This document shows, piece after piece, positions 31,187-48,268 of a stretch of DNA of 64,000 nt. The notes under the pieces were generated by a model. The model had not been told where the DNA came from and did not search any database. It saw only the letters and a list, made by a program, of their open reading frames with translations. The position numbers and the translations under genes are program-made. Origin of the DNA: Eledone cirrhosa (taxonomy: Eukaryota). The first letter of the stretch is position 1. Each line of letters opens with the position of its first letter. The stretch spans positions 109,926,001-109,990,000 of the forward strand of contig OZ024744.1 of the NCBI GenBank assembly GCA_964016885.1, in the 5' to 3' direction.

Positions 31187-34100
31187 AAACGAGCAACGAT
31201 GGTTGGTAGACACTACGGCTTAAAACGGGATGTTTGTTTCCAAACACACCGATCATTATAATAAATGTTCGGTGAATCCATACGTACATATATATATGTG
31301 TGCATGTATGTATATATATATACATACTACTGTACGTCTGTATACATATATGTATGTACGTGTACATACTTATATTTAAGTAACAGCCGTACTAAGAGTG
31401 TGAAATGAAATTTCGTTTCATTTTTTCCGTTTACCATTTGCGGTGCACCCGGCCGAGTAACCCACTCGATATGCAAATTGGACTACTCAGCCGTTAATAT
31501 ACATAAGATAAGTATATGCGTTCAACAATCTGGCAGGAAGGTTTACGCTGCTGACGATAGCTAATAAGCTTTAAACTAGTACAGCGTTACTTTGTCAGTG
31601 TTGAACAAACGAGCAACGATGGTTGCGAGACACTATGGCTTAATACGGGATGTTTGTTTACAAACACACCGAGCATTATAATAAATGTTCGGTGAATCCA
31701 TACGTACATGTATATATATATGTGTGCATATATGTATATATATATACATACTACTGTGCGTCTGTATACATATATGTATGTACGTGTACATACGAATATT
31801 TAAGTAACAGCCGTACTAAGAGTGGGAAATGAAATTTCGTTTCATTTTTCCGTTTATCGTTTTCGGTGCACCCGGCCGATTAATCGACTCTATATGCAAA
31901 TTGAGTTACTCTGCCGTTATTATGCCTAAGTTAAGTATATACGTTCAACAATCTGGCAGGAAGGTATACGTTGCTGACGATAGCTAATAAGCTTGAAACT
32001 AGTACAGCGTTCCTTTGTCAGCGTTGAACAAACGAGCAACGATGTTTGGTAGACACTACGGCTTAATACGGGATGTTTGTTTAGAAACACACCGATCATT
32101 ATAATAAATGTTCGGTGAATCCATACGTACATATATATATGTGTGCATGTATGTATATATATACATACTACTGTACGTGTATATACATATATGTATGTGC
32201 GTGTACATACTTATATTTAAGTAACAGCCGTACTAAGAGTGTGAAATGAAATTTCGTTTCATTTTTTCCGTTTACCATTTGCGGTGCAGCCGGGCGAGTA
32301 ACCCACTCGATATGCAAATTGGGCTACTCAGCCGTTAATATGCATAAGGTAAGTATATACGTTCAACAATCTGGCAGGAAGGTATACGCTGCTGACGATA
32401 GCTAATAAGCTTGAAACTAGTACAGCGTTCCTTTGTCAGTGTTGAACAAACGAGCAACGATGGTTGCTAGACACTACGGCTTAATACGGGATGTTTGTTT
32501 ACAAACACACCGAGCATTAAAATAAATGTTCGGTGAATCCATACGTACATATATATATTTGTGCATGTATGTATAAATATATACATACTATTGTACGTCT
32601 GTATACATATATGTATGTACGTGTACATACTTATATATAAGTAAAAGCTGTACTAAGAGTGTGAAATGAAATTTCGTTTCAATTTTTCCATTTATCGTTT
32701 TCGGTGCACCCGGCCGATTAACCCACTCGATGTCCAAATTACGCTACTCAGCCGTTAATATGCATAAGGTAAGTATATACGTTCAACAATCTGGCAGGAA
32801 GGTATACGTTGCTGACGACAGCTAATAATCTTGAAACTAGTACAGCGTTCCTTTATCAGCGTTGAACAAACGACCAACGATGGTTGCTAGACACTACGGC
32901 TTAATACGGGATGTTTGTTTACAAACACACCGATCATTATAATAAATTTTCGGTGAATCCATACGTACGTATATATATATATATGTGTGCATGTATGTAT
33001 ATATATATACATACTACTGTACGTCTGTATACATATATGTATGTACGTGTACATACTTATATTTAAGTTACAGCCGTACTAAGAGTGGGAAATGAAATTT
33101 CGTTTCATTTTTACAGTTTATCGTTTTCGGTGCACCCGGCCGATTAACCTACTCTATATGCAAATTGAGCTACTCTGCCGTTAATAGGCCTAAGTTAAGT
33201 ATATACGTTCAACAATCTGGCAGGAAGGTATGCGTTGCTGACGATAGCTAATAAGCTTGAAACTAGTACAGCGTTCCTTTGTCAGCGTTGAACAAACGAG
33301 CAACGATGTTTGGTAGACACTACGGCTTACTACGGGATGTTTGTTTACAAACACACCTAGCATTATAATAAATGTTCGGTGAATCCATACGTACATATAT
33401 ATATATATGTGTGCATGTATGTATATATATATACATACTACTGTACGTCTGTATACATATATGTATGTACGTGTACATACGAATATTTAAGTTACAGCCG
33501 TACTAAGAGTGGGAAATGAAATTTCGTTTCATTTTTTCCATTTATCGTTTTCGGTGCACCCGGCCGATTAACCGACTCTATATGCAAATTGAGCTACTTT
33601 GCCGTTAATATGCCTAAGTTAAGTATATACGTTCAACGATCTGGCAGGAAGGTATACGTTGCTGACGATAGCTAATAAGCTTGAAACTAGTACAGCGTTC
33701 CTTTGTCAGCGTTGAACAAACGAGCAACGATGTTTGGTAGACACTACGGCTTAATACGGGATGTTTGTTGACAAACACACCGATCATTATAATAAATGTT
33801 CGGTGAATCCATACGTACATATATATATGCGTGCATGTATGTATATATATATATACATACTACTGTACGTTTGTATACATATGTGTATGTACGTGTACAT
33901 ACTTATATTTAAGTAACAGCCGTACTAAGAGTGGGAAATGAAATTTCGTTTCATTTTTTCCGTTTACCATTTGCGGTGCAGCCGGGCGAGTAACCCACTC
34001 GATATGCAAATTGGGCTACTCAGCCGTTAATATGCATAAGGTAAGTATATACGTTCAACAATCTGGCAGGAAGGTATACGCTGCTGACGATAGCTAATAA

Positions 34101-37100
34101 GCTTGAAACTAGTACAGCGTTCCTTTGTCAGTGTTGAACAAACGAGCAACGATGGTTGCTAGACACTACGGCTTAATACGGGATGTTTGTTTACAAACAC
34201 ACCGAGCATTAAAATAAATGTTCGGTGAATCCATACGTACATATATATATTTGTGCATGTATGTATAAATATATACATACTATTGTACGTCTGTATACAT
34301 ATATGTATGTACGTGTACATACTTATATATAAGTAAAAGCCGTACTAAGAGTGTGAAATGAAATTTCGTTTCAATTTTTCCATTTATCGTTTTCGGTGCA
34401 CCCGGCCGATTAACCCACTCGATGTCCAAATTACGCTACTCAGCCGTTAATATGCATAAGGTAAGTATATACGTTCAACAATCTGGCAGGAAGGTATACG
34501 TTGCTGACGACAGCTAATAATCTTGAAACTAGTACAGCGTTCCTTTATCAGCGTTGAACAAACGACCAACGATGGTTGCTAGACACTACGGCTTAATACG
34601 GGATGTTTGTTTACAAACACACCGATCATTATAATAAATTTTCGGTGAATCCATACGTACGTATATATATATATGTGTGCATGTATGTATATATATATAC
34701 ATACTACTGTACGTCTGTATACATATATGTATGTACGTGTACATACTTATATTTAAGTTACAGCCGTACTAAGAGTGGGAAATGAAATTTCGTTTCATTT
34801 TTACAGTTTATCGTTTTCGGTGCACCCGGCCGATTAACCTACTCTATATGCAAATTGAGCTACTCTGCCGTTAATATGCCTAAGTTAAGTATATACGTTC
34901 AACAATCTGGCAGGAAGGTATGCGTTGCTGACGATAGCTAATAAGCTTGAAACTAGTACAGCGTTCCTTTGTCAGCGTTGAACAAACGAGCAACGATGTT
35001 TGGTAGACACTACGGCTTACTACGGGATGTTTGTTTACAAACACACCTAGCATTATAATAAATGTTCGGTGAATCCATACGTACATATATATATATATAT
35101 GTGTGCATGTATGTATATATATATACATACTACTGTACGTCTGTATACATATATGTATGTACGTGTACATACGAATATTTAAGTTACAGCCGTACTAAGA
35201 GTGGGAAATGAAATTTCGTTTCATCTTTTCCATTTATCGTTTTCGGTGCACCCGGCCGATTAACCGACTCTATATGCAAATTGAGCTACTTTGCCGTTAA
35301 TATGCCTAAGTTAAGTATATACGTTCAACGATCTGGCAGGAAGGTATACGTTGCTGACGATAGCTAATAAGCTTGAAACTAGTACAGCGTTCCTTTGTCA
35401 GCGTTGAACAAACGAGCAACGATGTTTGGTAGACACTACGGCTTAATACGGGATGTTTGTTGACAAACACACCGATCATTATAATAAATGTTCGGTGAAT
35501 CCATACGTACATATATATATGCGTGCATGTATGTATGTATATATATATATACATACTACTGTACGTTTGTATACATATGTGTATGTACGTGTACATACTT
35601 ATATTTAAGTAACAGCCGTACTAAGAGTGGGAAATTAAATTTCGTTTCATTTTTTCCGTTTATCGTTTTCGGTGTAACGGCCGATTAACCCACTCGATGT
35701 CCAAATTACGCTACTCAGCGCCGTTAATATGCATAAGATAAGTATATACGTTCAACAATCTGGCAGGAAGGTATATGTTGCTGACGAGAGCTAATAAGCT
35801 TGAAACTAGTACAGCGTTCCTTTGTCAGTGTTGAACAAACGAGCAACGATGTTTGCTAGACACTACGGCTTAATACGGGATGTTTGTTTACAAACACACC
35901 AGCATTATAATAAATGTTCGGTGAATCCATACGTACATATATATATATGTGTGCATGTATGTATATATATATATACATACTATTGTACGTATGTATACAT
36001 ATGTGTTTGTACGTGTACATACTTATATTTAAGTAACAGCCGTATTAAGAGTGGGAAATGAAATTTCGTTTCATTTTTTCCGTTTACCATTTGAGGTGCA
36101 GCCGGGCGAGTAACCCACTCGATATGCAAATTGGGCTACTCAGCCGTTAATATGCATAAGGTAAGTATATACGTTCAACAATCTGGCAGGAAGGTATACG
36201 TTGCTGACGACAGCTAATAAGCTTGAAACTAGTACAGCGTTCCTTTGTCAGCGTTGAACAAACGAACAACGATGGTTGGTAGACACTACGGCTTAATACG
36301 GGATGTTTGTTTACAAACACACCGAGCATTATAATAAATGTTCGGTGAATCCATACGTACATATATATATATATATGTGTGCATGTATGTATATATATAT
36401 ACATACTGTACGTCTGTATACATATATGTATGTACGTGTACATACTTATATTTAAGTTACAGCCGTACTAAGAGTTGGAAATGAAATTTCGTTTCATTTT
36501 TCCGTTTATCTTTTTCGGTGCACCCGGCCGATTAACCGACTCTATATGCAAATTGAGCTACTCTGCCATTAATATGCCTAAGTTAAGTATATACGTTCAA
36601 CAATCTGCCAGGAAGGTATACGTTGCTGACGATAGCTAATAAGCTTGAAACTAGTACAGCGTTCCTTTGTCAGTGTTGAACAAACGAACAACGATGGTTG
36701 GTAGACACTACGGCTTAATACGGGATGTTTGTTTACAAACACACCGATCATTATAATAAATGTTCGGTGAATCCATACATACATATATATATGTGTGCAT
36801 GTATGTATATATATATACATACTACTGTACGTCTGTATACATATATGTATGTACGTGTACATACTTATATTTAAGTAACAGCCGTACTAAGAGTGGGAAA
36901 TGAAATTTCGTTTCATTTTTTCCGTTTATCGTTTTCGGTGCACCCGGCCGATTAACCGACTCTATATGCAAATTGATTTGCTCTGCCGTTAATATGCATA
37001 AGGTAAGTATATACGTTCAATAATCTGGCAGGAAGGTATACGTTGCTGACGACAGCTAATAATCTTGAAACTAGTACACTGTTCCTTTGTCAGCGTTGAA

Positions 37101-38721
37101 CAAACGAGCAACGATGGTTGCTAGACACTACGGCTTAATACGGGATGTTTGTTTACAAACTCACCGATCATTATAATAAATGTTCGGTGAATCCATACGT
37201 ACATATATATATATATATGTGTGCATGTATGTATATATATATACATACTACTGTACGTCTGTATACATATATGTATGTACGTGTACATACTTAAATTTCA
37301 GTAACAGCCGTACTAAGAGTGGGAAATGAAGTTTCGTTACATTTTTACAGTTTATCGTTTTCGGTGCACCCGGCCGATTAACCGACTCTATATGCAAATT
37401 GAGCTACTCTGCCGTTAATATGCCTAAGTTAAGTATATACGTTCAACAATCTGGCAGGAAGGTATACGTTGCTGACGATAGCTAATAAGCTTGAAACTAG
37501 TACAGCGTTCCTTTGTCAGTGTTGAACAAACGAGCAACGATGGTTGCTAGACACTACGGCTTAATACGGGATGTTTGTTTACAAACACACCGATTATTAT
37601 AATAAATGTTCGGTGAATCCATACGTACATATATATATGTGTGCATGTATGTTTATATATATACATACTACTGTACGTCTGTATACATATATGTATGTAC
37701 GTGTACATACTTATATTTAAGTTACAGCCGTACTAAGTGTGGGAATGAAATTTCGTTTCATTTTTTCCGTTTATCGTTTTTTGTGCACCCGGCCGATTAA
37801 CCCACTCGATATGCAAATTGAGCTACTCAGCCGTTAATATGCATAAGTTAAGTATATACGTTCAACAATCTGGCTGGAAGGTATACGTTGCCGACGACAG
37901 CTAATAATCTTGAAACTAGTACAGCGTTCCTTTGTCAGTGTTGAACAAACGGGCAACGATGGTTGCTAGACACTACGGCTTAATACGGGATGTTTGTTTA
38001 CAAACACACCGATCATTATAATAAATGTTCGGTGAATCCATACGTACATATATATATGTGTGCATGTATGTATATATATATATACATACTACTGTACGTC
38101 TGTATACATATATGTATGTACGTGTACATACTTATATTTAAGTAACAGCCTTACTAAAAGTGTGAAATGAAATTTCGTTTCATTTTTCCGTTTATCGTTT
38201 TCGGTGCACCCGTCCGATTAACCCACTCGATATCCAAATTACGCTACTCAGCCGTTAATATGCCTAAGGTAAGTATATACGTTCAACAATCTGGCAGGAA
38301 GGTATACGTTGCTGACGATAGCTAATAAGCTTGAAACTAGTACAGCGTTCCTTTGTCAGTGTTGAACAAACGAGCAACGATGGTTGGTAGACACTACGGC
38401 TTAATACGGGATGTTTGTTTACAAACACACCGAGCATTATAATAAATGTTCGGTGAATACATACGTACATATATATATGTGTGCATGTATGTATATATAT
38501 ATACATACTACTGTACGTCTGTATACATATGTGTATGTACGTGTACATATTTATATTTAAGTAACAGCCGTACTAAGAGTGGGAAATGAAATTTCGTTTC
38601 ATTTTTTCCGTTTACCATTTGCGGTGCAGCCGGGCGAGTAACCCACTCGATATGCAAATTGGGCTACTCAGCCGTTAATATGCATAAGGTAAGTATATAC
38701 GTTCAACAATCTGGCAGAAAG

Positions 38722-38784
<63 letters not shown>

Positions 38785-41700
38785 TGTATGTATATAAATA
38801 TGTGTGCATATATGTATATATATATACATAGTACTGTGCGTCTGTATACATATATGTATGTACGTGTACATACGAATATTTAAGTTACAGCCGTACTAAG
38901 AGTGGGAAATGAAATTTCGTTTCATTTTTTCCTTTTATCGTTTTCGGTGCACCCGGCCGATTAACACACTCGATATGCAAATTCGGCTACTCAGCCGTTA
39001 ATATGCATAAGGTAAGTATTTACGTTCAACAATCTGGCAGGAAGGTATACGTTGCTGACCACAGCTAATAAGCTTGAAACTAGTACAGCGTTCCTTTGTC
39101 AGCGTTGAACAAACGAACAACGATGGTTGGTAGACAGTACGGCTTAATACGGGATGTTTGTTTACAAACACACCGAGCATTATAATAAATGTTCGGTGAA
39201 TCCATACGTACATATATATATATATATGTGTGCATGTATGTATATATATATACATACTACTGTACGTCTGTATACATATATGTATGTACGTGTACATACT
39301 TATATTTAAGTTACAGCCGTACTAAGTGTTGGAAATGAAATTTCGTTTCATTTTTCCGTTTATCGTTTTCGGTGCACCCGGCCGATTAACCGACTCTATA
39401 TGCAAATTGAGCTACTCTGCCGTTAATATGCCTAAGTTAAGTATATACGTTCAACAATCTGCCAGGAAGGTATACGTTGCTGACGATAGCTAATAAGCTT
39501 AAAACTAGTACAGCGTTCCTTTGTCAGTGTTGAACAAACGAGCAACGATGGTTGCTAGACACTACGGCTTAATACGGGATGTTTGTTTACAAACACACCG
39601 ATCATTATAATAAATGTTCGGTGAATCCATACATATGTATATGTGTGCATGTATGTATATATATATACATACTACTGTACGTCTGTATACATACATGTAT
39701 GTACGTGTACATACTTAAATTTCAGTAACAGCCGTACTAAGAGTGGGAAATGAAATTTCGTTTCATTTTTACAGTTTATCGTTTTCGGTGCACCGGGCCA
39801 ATTAACCGACTCTATATGCAAATTGAGCTACTCTGCCGTTAATATGCCTAAGTTAAGTATATACGATCAACAATCTGGCAGGAAGGTATACGTTGCTGAC
39901 GATAGCTAATAAGCTTGAAACTAGTACAGCGTTCCTTTGTCAGCGTTGAACAAACGAGCAATGATGTTCGGTAGACACTACGGCTTAATACGGGATGTTT
40001 GTTTACAAACACACCGAGCATTATAATAAATGTTCGGTGAATCCATACGTACATATATATATGTGTGCATGTATGTATATATATATACATACTACTGTAC
40101 GTCTGTATACATATGTGTATGTACGTGTACATACTTATATTTAAGTAACAGCCGTACTAAGAGTGGGAAATGAAATTTCGTTTCATTTTTTCCGTTTATC
40201 GTTTTCGGTGCACCAGGCCGATTAACCGACTCTATATGCAAATTGAGCTACTCTGCCGTTAATATGCCTAGTATATACGTTCAACAATCTGGCAGGAAGG
40301 TATACGTTGCTGACGATAGCTAATAAGCTTGAAACTAGTACAGCGTTCCTTTGTCAGTGTTGAACAAACGAGCAACGATGGTTGGTAGACACTACGGCTT
40401 AATACGGGATGTTTGTTTACAAACACACCGATCATTATAATAAATGTACCGTGAATACATACGTACATATATATGTGTGCACGTATGTATATATATATAT
40501 ACATACTACTGTACGTCTGTATACATATGTGTATGTACGTGTACATACTTATATTTAAGTAACAGCCGTACTAAGAGTGGGAAATGAAATTTCGTTTCAT
40601 TTTTTCCGTTTATCGTTTTCGGTGCACCCGGCCGATTAATCCACTCGATGTCCAAATTACGCTACTCAGCCGTTAATATGCATAAGGTAAGTATATACGT
40701 TCAACAATCTGGCAGGAAGGTATACGCTGCTGACGATAGCTAATAAGCTCTAAACTAGTACTGCGTTACTTTGTCAGTGTTGAACAAACGAGCAACGATG
40801 GTTGCGAGACACTACGGCTTAATACGGGATGTTAGCTTACAAACACACCGAGCATTATAATAAATGTTCGGTGAATCCATACGTACATATATATATATGT
40901 GTGTGCATATATGTATATATATATACATACTACTGTGCGTCTGTATACATATATGTATGTACGTGTACATACGAATATTTAAGTAACAGCCGTACTAAGA
41001 GTTGGAAATGAAATTTCGTTTCATTCTTTCCGTCTATCGTTTTCGGTGCACCCGGCCGATTAACCCACTCGATATGCAAATTGAGCTACTCTGCCGTTAT
41101 TATGCCTAAGTTAAGTATATACGTTCAACAATCTGGCAGGAAGGTATACGTTGCTGACGATAGCTAATAAGCTTGAAACTAGTACAGCGTTCCTTTGTCA
41201 GTGTTGAACAAACGAGCAACGATGTTTGGTAGACACTACGGCTTAATACTGGATGTTTGTTTACAAACACACCGATCATTATAATAAATGTTCGGTGAAT
41301 CCATACGTACATATATATATGTGTGCATGTATGTATATATATATACATACTACTGTACGTCTGTATACATATATGTATGTACGTGTACATACGAATATTT
41401 AAGTTACAGCCGTACTAAGAGTGGGAAATGAAATTTCGTTTCATTTTTTCCTTTTATCGTTTTCGGTGCACCCGGCCGATTAACACACTCGATATGCAAA
41501 TTGGGCTACTCAGCCGTTAATATGCATAAGGTAAGTATATACGTTCAACAATCTGGCAGGAAGGTATACGTTGCTGACGACAGCTAATAATCTTGAAACT
41601 AGTACACTGTTCCTTTGTCAGCGTTGAACAAAAGAGCAACGATGGTTGCTAGACACTACGGCTTAATACGGGATGTTTGTTTACAAACACACTGATCATT

Positions 41701-44700
41701 TTAATAAATGTTCGATGAATCCATACGTACATATATATATATATATGTGTGCATGTATGTATATATATATACATACTACTGTACGTCTGTATACATATAT
41801 GTACGTACGTGTACATACTTGAATTTCAGTAACAGCCGTACTAAGAGTGGGAAATGAAATTTCGTTTCATTTTTACAGTTTATCGTTTTCGGTGCACCCG
41901 GCCGATTAACCGACTCTATATGCAAATTGAGCTACTCTGCCGTTAATATGCCTAAGTTAAGTATATACGATCAACAATCTGGCAGGAAGGTATACGTTGC
42001 TGACGTTATCTATTAAGCTTGAAACTAGTACAGCGTTTCTTTGTCAGCGTTGAACAAACGAGCAATGATGTTTGGTAGACACTACGGCTTAATACGGGAT
42101 GTTTGTTTACAAACACACCGAACATTATAATAAATGTTCGGTGAATCCATACGTACATATATATATGTGTGCATGTATGTATATATATATACATACTACT
42201 GTATACATATGTGTATGTACGTGTACATACTTATATTTAAGTAACAGCCGCACTAAGAGTGGGAAATGAAATTTCGTTTCATTTTTTCCGTTTATCGTTT
42301 TCGGTGCACCCGGCCGATTAACCGACTCTATATGCAAATTGAGCTACTCTGCCGTTAATATGCCTAAGTTAAGTATATACGTTCAACAATCTGGCAGGAA
42401 GGTATACGTTGCTGACGATAGCTAATAAGCTTGAAACTAGTACAGCGTTCCTTTGTCAGCGTTGAACAAACGAGCAACGATGTTTTGTAGACACTACGGC
42501 TTAATACGAGATGTTTGTTTACAAACACACCGATCATTATAATAAATGTTCGGTGAATCCATACGTACATATATATATGTGTGCATCTATGTATATATAT
42601 ATTTACATACTACTGTACGTCTGTATACATATGTGTATGTACGTGTACATACTTATATTTAAGTAACAGCCGTACTAAGAGTGGGAAATGAAATTTCGTT
42701 TCATTTTTTCCGTTTATCGTTTTCGGTGCACCCGGCCGATTAACCCACTCGATGTCCAAATTACGCTACTCAGCCGTTAATATGCATAAGATAAGTATAT
42801 ACGTTCAAGAATCTGGCAGGAAGGTATACGTTGCTGACGATAGCTAATAAGCTTGAAACTAGTACAGCGTTCCTTTGTCAGTGTTGAACAAACGAGCAAC
42901 GATGGTTGCTAGACACTACGGCTTAATACGGGATGTTTGTTTACAAACACACCAAGCATTATAATAAATGTTCGGTGAATCCATACGTGCATATATATAT
43001 ATGTGTGTGCATATATGTATATATATATACATACTACTGTGCGTCTGTATACATATATGTATGTACGTGTACATACGAATATTTAAGTAACAGCCGTACT
43101 AAGAGTGGGAAATGAAATTTCGTTTCATTTTTCCGTTTATCGTTTTCGGTGCACCCGGCCGATTAACCCACTCGATATGCAAATTGAGCTACTCTGCCGT
43201 TATTATGCCTAAGTTAAGTATATACGTTCAACAATCTGGCAGGAAGGTATACGTTGCTGACGATAGCTAATAAGCTTGAAACTAGTACAGCGTTCCTTTG
43301 TCAGTGTTGAACAAATGAGCAACGATGGTTGGTAGACAGTACGGCTTAATACGGGATGTTTGTTTACAAACACACCGATCATTATAATAAATGTTCGGTG
43401 AATCCATACGTACATATATATATGTGTGCATCTATGTATATATATATTTACATACTACTGTACGTCTGTATACATATGTGTATGTACGTGTACATACTTA
43501 TATTTAAGTAACAGCCGTACTAAGAGTGGGAAATGAAATTTCGTTTCATTTTTTCCGTTTATCGTTTTCGGTGCACCCGGCCGATTAACCCACTCGATGT
43601 CCAAATTACGCTACTCAGCCGTTAATATGCATAAGATAAGTATATACGTTCAAGAATCTGGCAGGAAGGTATACGTTGCTGACGATAGCTAATAAGCTTG
43701 AAACTAGTACAGCGTTCCTTTGTCAGTGTTGAACAAACGAGCAACGATGGTTGCTAGACACTACGGCTTAATACGGGATGTTTGTTTACAAACACACCAA
43801 GCATTATAATAAATGTTCGGTGAATCCATACGTGCATATATATATATGTGTGTGCATATATGTATATATATATACATACTACTGTGCGTCTGTATACATA
43901 TATGTATGTACGTGTACATACGAATATTTAAGTAACAGCCGTACTAAGAGTGGGAAATGAAATTTCGTTTCATTTTTCCGTTTATCGTTTTCGGTGCACC
44001 CGGCCGATTAACCCACTCGATATGCAAATTGAGCTACTCTGCCGTTATTATGCCTAAGTTAAGTATATACGTTCAACAATCTGGCAGGAAGGTATACGTT
44101 GCTGACGATAGCTAATAAGCTTGAAACTAGTACAGCGTTCCTTTGTCAGTGTTGAACAAATGAGCAACGATGGTTGGTAGACAGTACGGCTTAATACGGG
44201 ATGTTTGTTTACAAACACACCGAGCATTATAATAAATGTTCGCTGAATACATACGTACATATATATATGTGTGCATGTATGTATAAATATATACATACTA
44301 CTGTACGTCTGTATACATATATGTATGTAGGTGTACATACTTATATTTAAGTTACAGCCGTACTAAGAGTGGGAAATGAAATTTCGTTTCATTTTCTCCT
44401 TTTATCGTTTTCGGTGCACCCGGCCGATTAACCGACTCTATATGCAAATTGAGTTCCTCTGCCGTTAATATGCCTAAGTTAAGTATATACGTTCAACAAT
44501 CTAGCAGGAAGGTATACGTTGCTGACGATAGCTAATAAGCTTGAAACTAGTACAGCGTTCCTTTGTCAGTGTTGAACAAACGAGCAACGATGGTTGGTAG
44601 ACACTACGGCTTAGTACGGGATGTTTGTTTACAAACACACCGAGCATTATAATAAATGTTCGGTGAATCCATACGTACATATATATATGTGTGCATGTAT

Positions 44701-47459
44701 GTATATATATATACATACTACTGTACGTCTGTATACATATATGTATGTACGTGTACATACTTATATTTAAGTAAGAGCCGTATTAAGAGGGGGAAATGAA
44801 ATTTCGTTTCATTTTTTTCCGTTTATCTTTTTCGTTGCACCCAGCCGATTAACCCACTCGATATGCAATTTGGGCTACTCAGTCGTTAATATGCATAAGC
44901 TAAGTATATACGTTCAACAATCCAGCAGGAAGGTATACGTTGCTGAAGATAGCTAATAAGCTTTAAACTAGTACAGCGTTCCTTTGTCAGTGTTGAAGAA
45001 ACGAGCAACGATGGTTGGTAGACACTACGGCTTAATACGGGATGTTAGTTTACAAACACACCGAGCATTATAATAAATGTTCGGTGAATCCATACGTACA
45101 TATATATATATATGTGTGCATATATGTATATATATATACATACTACTGTACGTCTGTATACATATATGTATGTACGTGTACATACGAATATTTAAGAAAC
45201 AGCCGTACTAAGAGTGGGAAATGAAATTTCATTTCATTTTTTCCGTTTATCGTTTACTGTGCACCCGGCCGATTAACCCACTCTATATGCAAATTGAGCT
45301 ACTCTGCCGTTATTATGCCTAAGATAAGTATATACGTTCAACAATCTGGCAGGAAGGTATACGTTGCTGACGATAGCTAATAAGCTTGAAACTAGTACAG
45401 CGTTCTTTTGTCAGTGTTGAACAAACGAGCAGCGATGGTTGCTAGACACTACGGCTTAATACGGGATGTTTGTTTACAAACACACCGATCATTATAATAA
45501 ATGTTCGGTGAATCCATACGTACATATATATATATGTGTGCATGTATGTATATATATATACATACTACTGTACGTCTGTATACATATATGTATGTACGTG
45601 TACATACTTATATTTAACTAACAGCCGTACTATGATTGGGAATGAAATTTCGTTTCATTTTTTCCGTTTATCCTTTTCGGTGCACCCGGCCGATTGACCC
45701 ACTCGATATCCAAATTACGCTACTCAGCCGTTAATATGCATAAGGTAAGTATATACGTTCAACAATCTGGCAGGAAGGTATACGTTGCTGACGATAGCTA
45801 ATAAGCTTGAAGCTAGTACAGCGTTCCTTTGTCAGTGTTGAACAAACGAGCAGCGATGGTTGCTAGACACTACGGCTTAATACGGGATGTTTGTTTACAA
45901 ACACACCGATCATTATAATAAATGTTCGGTGAATCCATACGTACATATATATATATGTGTGCATGTATGTATATATATATACATACTACTGTACGTCTGT
46001 ATACATATATGTATGTACGTGTACATACTTATATTTAAGTAACAGCCGTACTAAGAGTGGGAATGAAATTTCGTTTTTTTTTTTTTCGTTTATCCTTATC
46101 GGTGCACCCGGCCGATTAACCCACTCGATATGCAGATTGAGCTACTCAGCCATTAATATGCATAAGGTAAGTATATACGTTCAACAATCTAGCAGGAAGG
46201 TATACGTTGCTGACGATAGCTAATAAGCTTGAAACTAGTACAGCGTTCCTTTGTCAGTGTTGAACAAACGAGAAACGATGGTTGGTAGACACTACGGCTT
46301 AATACGGGATGTTTGTTTACAAACACACCGAGCATTATAATAAATTTTTGCTGAATACATACGTACATATATATATGTGTGCATGTATGTATAAATATAT
46401 ACATACTACTGTACGTCTGTATACATATATGTATGTACGTGTACATACTTATATTTAAGTAACAGCCATACTAAGAGTGTGAAATTAAATTTTGATTCAT
46501 TTTTTCCGTTTATCGTTTACGGTGCACCCGGCCGATTAACCCACTCGATGTCCAAATTACGCTGCTCAGCCGTTAATATGCATAAGGTAAGTATATACGT
46601 TCAACAATCTGCAGGAAGGTATACGTTGCTGACGACAGCTAATAAGCTTGAAACTAGTACAGCGTTCCTTTGTCAGCGTTGAACAAATGAGCAGCGATGG
46701 TTGCTAGACACTACGGCTTAATACGGGATGTTTGTTTACAAACACACCGATCATTATAATAAATGTTCGGTGAATCCATACGTACATATATATATGTGTG
46801 CATGTATGTATATATATATATACATACTACTGTACGTCTGTATACATATATGTATGTACGTGTACATACTTATATTTAAGTAACAGCCTTACTAAAAGTG
46901 TGATATGAAATTTCGTTTCATTTTTCCGTTTATCGTTTTCGGTGCACCCGGCCGATTAACCCACTCGATATCCAAATTACGCTACTCAGCCGTTAATATG
47001 CATAAGGTAAGTATATACGACGTTCAACAATCTGGCAGGAAGGTATACGTTGCTGACGATAGCTAATAAGCTTGAAACTAGTACAGCGTTCTTTTGTCAG
47101 TGTTGAACAAACGAGCAACGATGGTTGGTAGACACTACGGCTTAATACGGGATGTTTGTTTACAAACACACCGATCATTATAATAAATTTTCGGTGAATC
47201 AGTACGTACATATATATATGTGTGCATGTATGTATATATATATACATACTACTGTACGTCTGTATACATATATTTATGTACGTGTACATACTTAAATTTA
47301 AATAACAGCCGTACTAAGAGTGTGAAATGAAATTTCGTTTCATTTTTTCCGTTTACCATTTGCGGTGCAGCCGGGCGAGTAACCCACTCGATATGCAAAT
47401 TGGGCTACTCAGCCGTTAATATGCATAAGGTAAGTATATACGTTCAACAATCTGGCAGG

Positions 47460-47521
<62 letters not shown>

Positions 47522-48198
47522 TGTATGTATATATATATGTGTGCATATATGTATATATATATACATACTACTGTGCGTTTGTATACATATATGTATGTAC
47601 GTGTACATACGAATATTTAAGTAACAGCCGCACTGAGAGTGTGAAATGAAATTTCGTTTCATTTTTTCCGTCTATCGTTTTCGGTGCACCCGGCCGATTA
47701 ACACACTCGATATGCAAATTGAGCTACTCAGCCGTTAATATGCATAAGGTAAGTATATACGTTCAACAATCTGGCAGGAAGGTATACGTTGCTGACGACA
47801 GCTAATAAGCTTGAAACTAGTACAGCGTTCCTTTGTCAGTGTTGAACAAACGAGATACGATGGTTGGTAGACACTACGGCTTAATACGGGATGTTTGTTT
47901 ACAAACACACCGATCATGATAATAAATGTACCGTGAATACATACGTACATATATATGTGTGCATGTATGTATATATATATATACATACTACTGTACGTCT
48001 ATATACATATATGTATGTACGTGTACATACTTAAATTTAAGTAACAGCCGTACTAAGAGTGTGAAATGAAATTTCGTTTCATTTTTTCCGTTTACCATTT
48101 GCGGTGCAGCCGGGCGAGTAACCCACTCGATATGCAAATTGGGCTACTCAGCCGTTAATATGCATAAGGTAAGTATATACGTTCAACAATCTGGCAGG

Positions 48199-48268
<70 letters not shown>

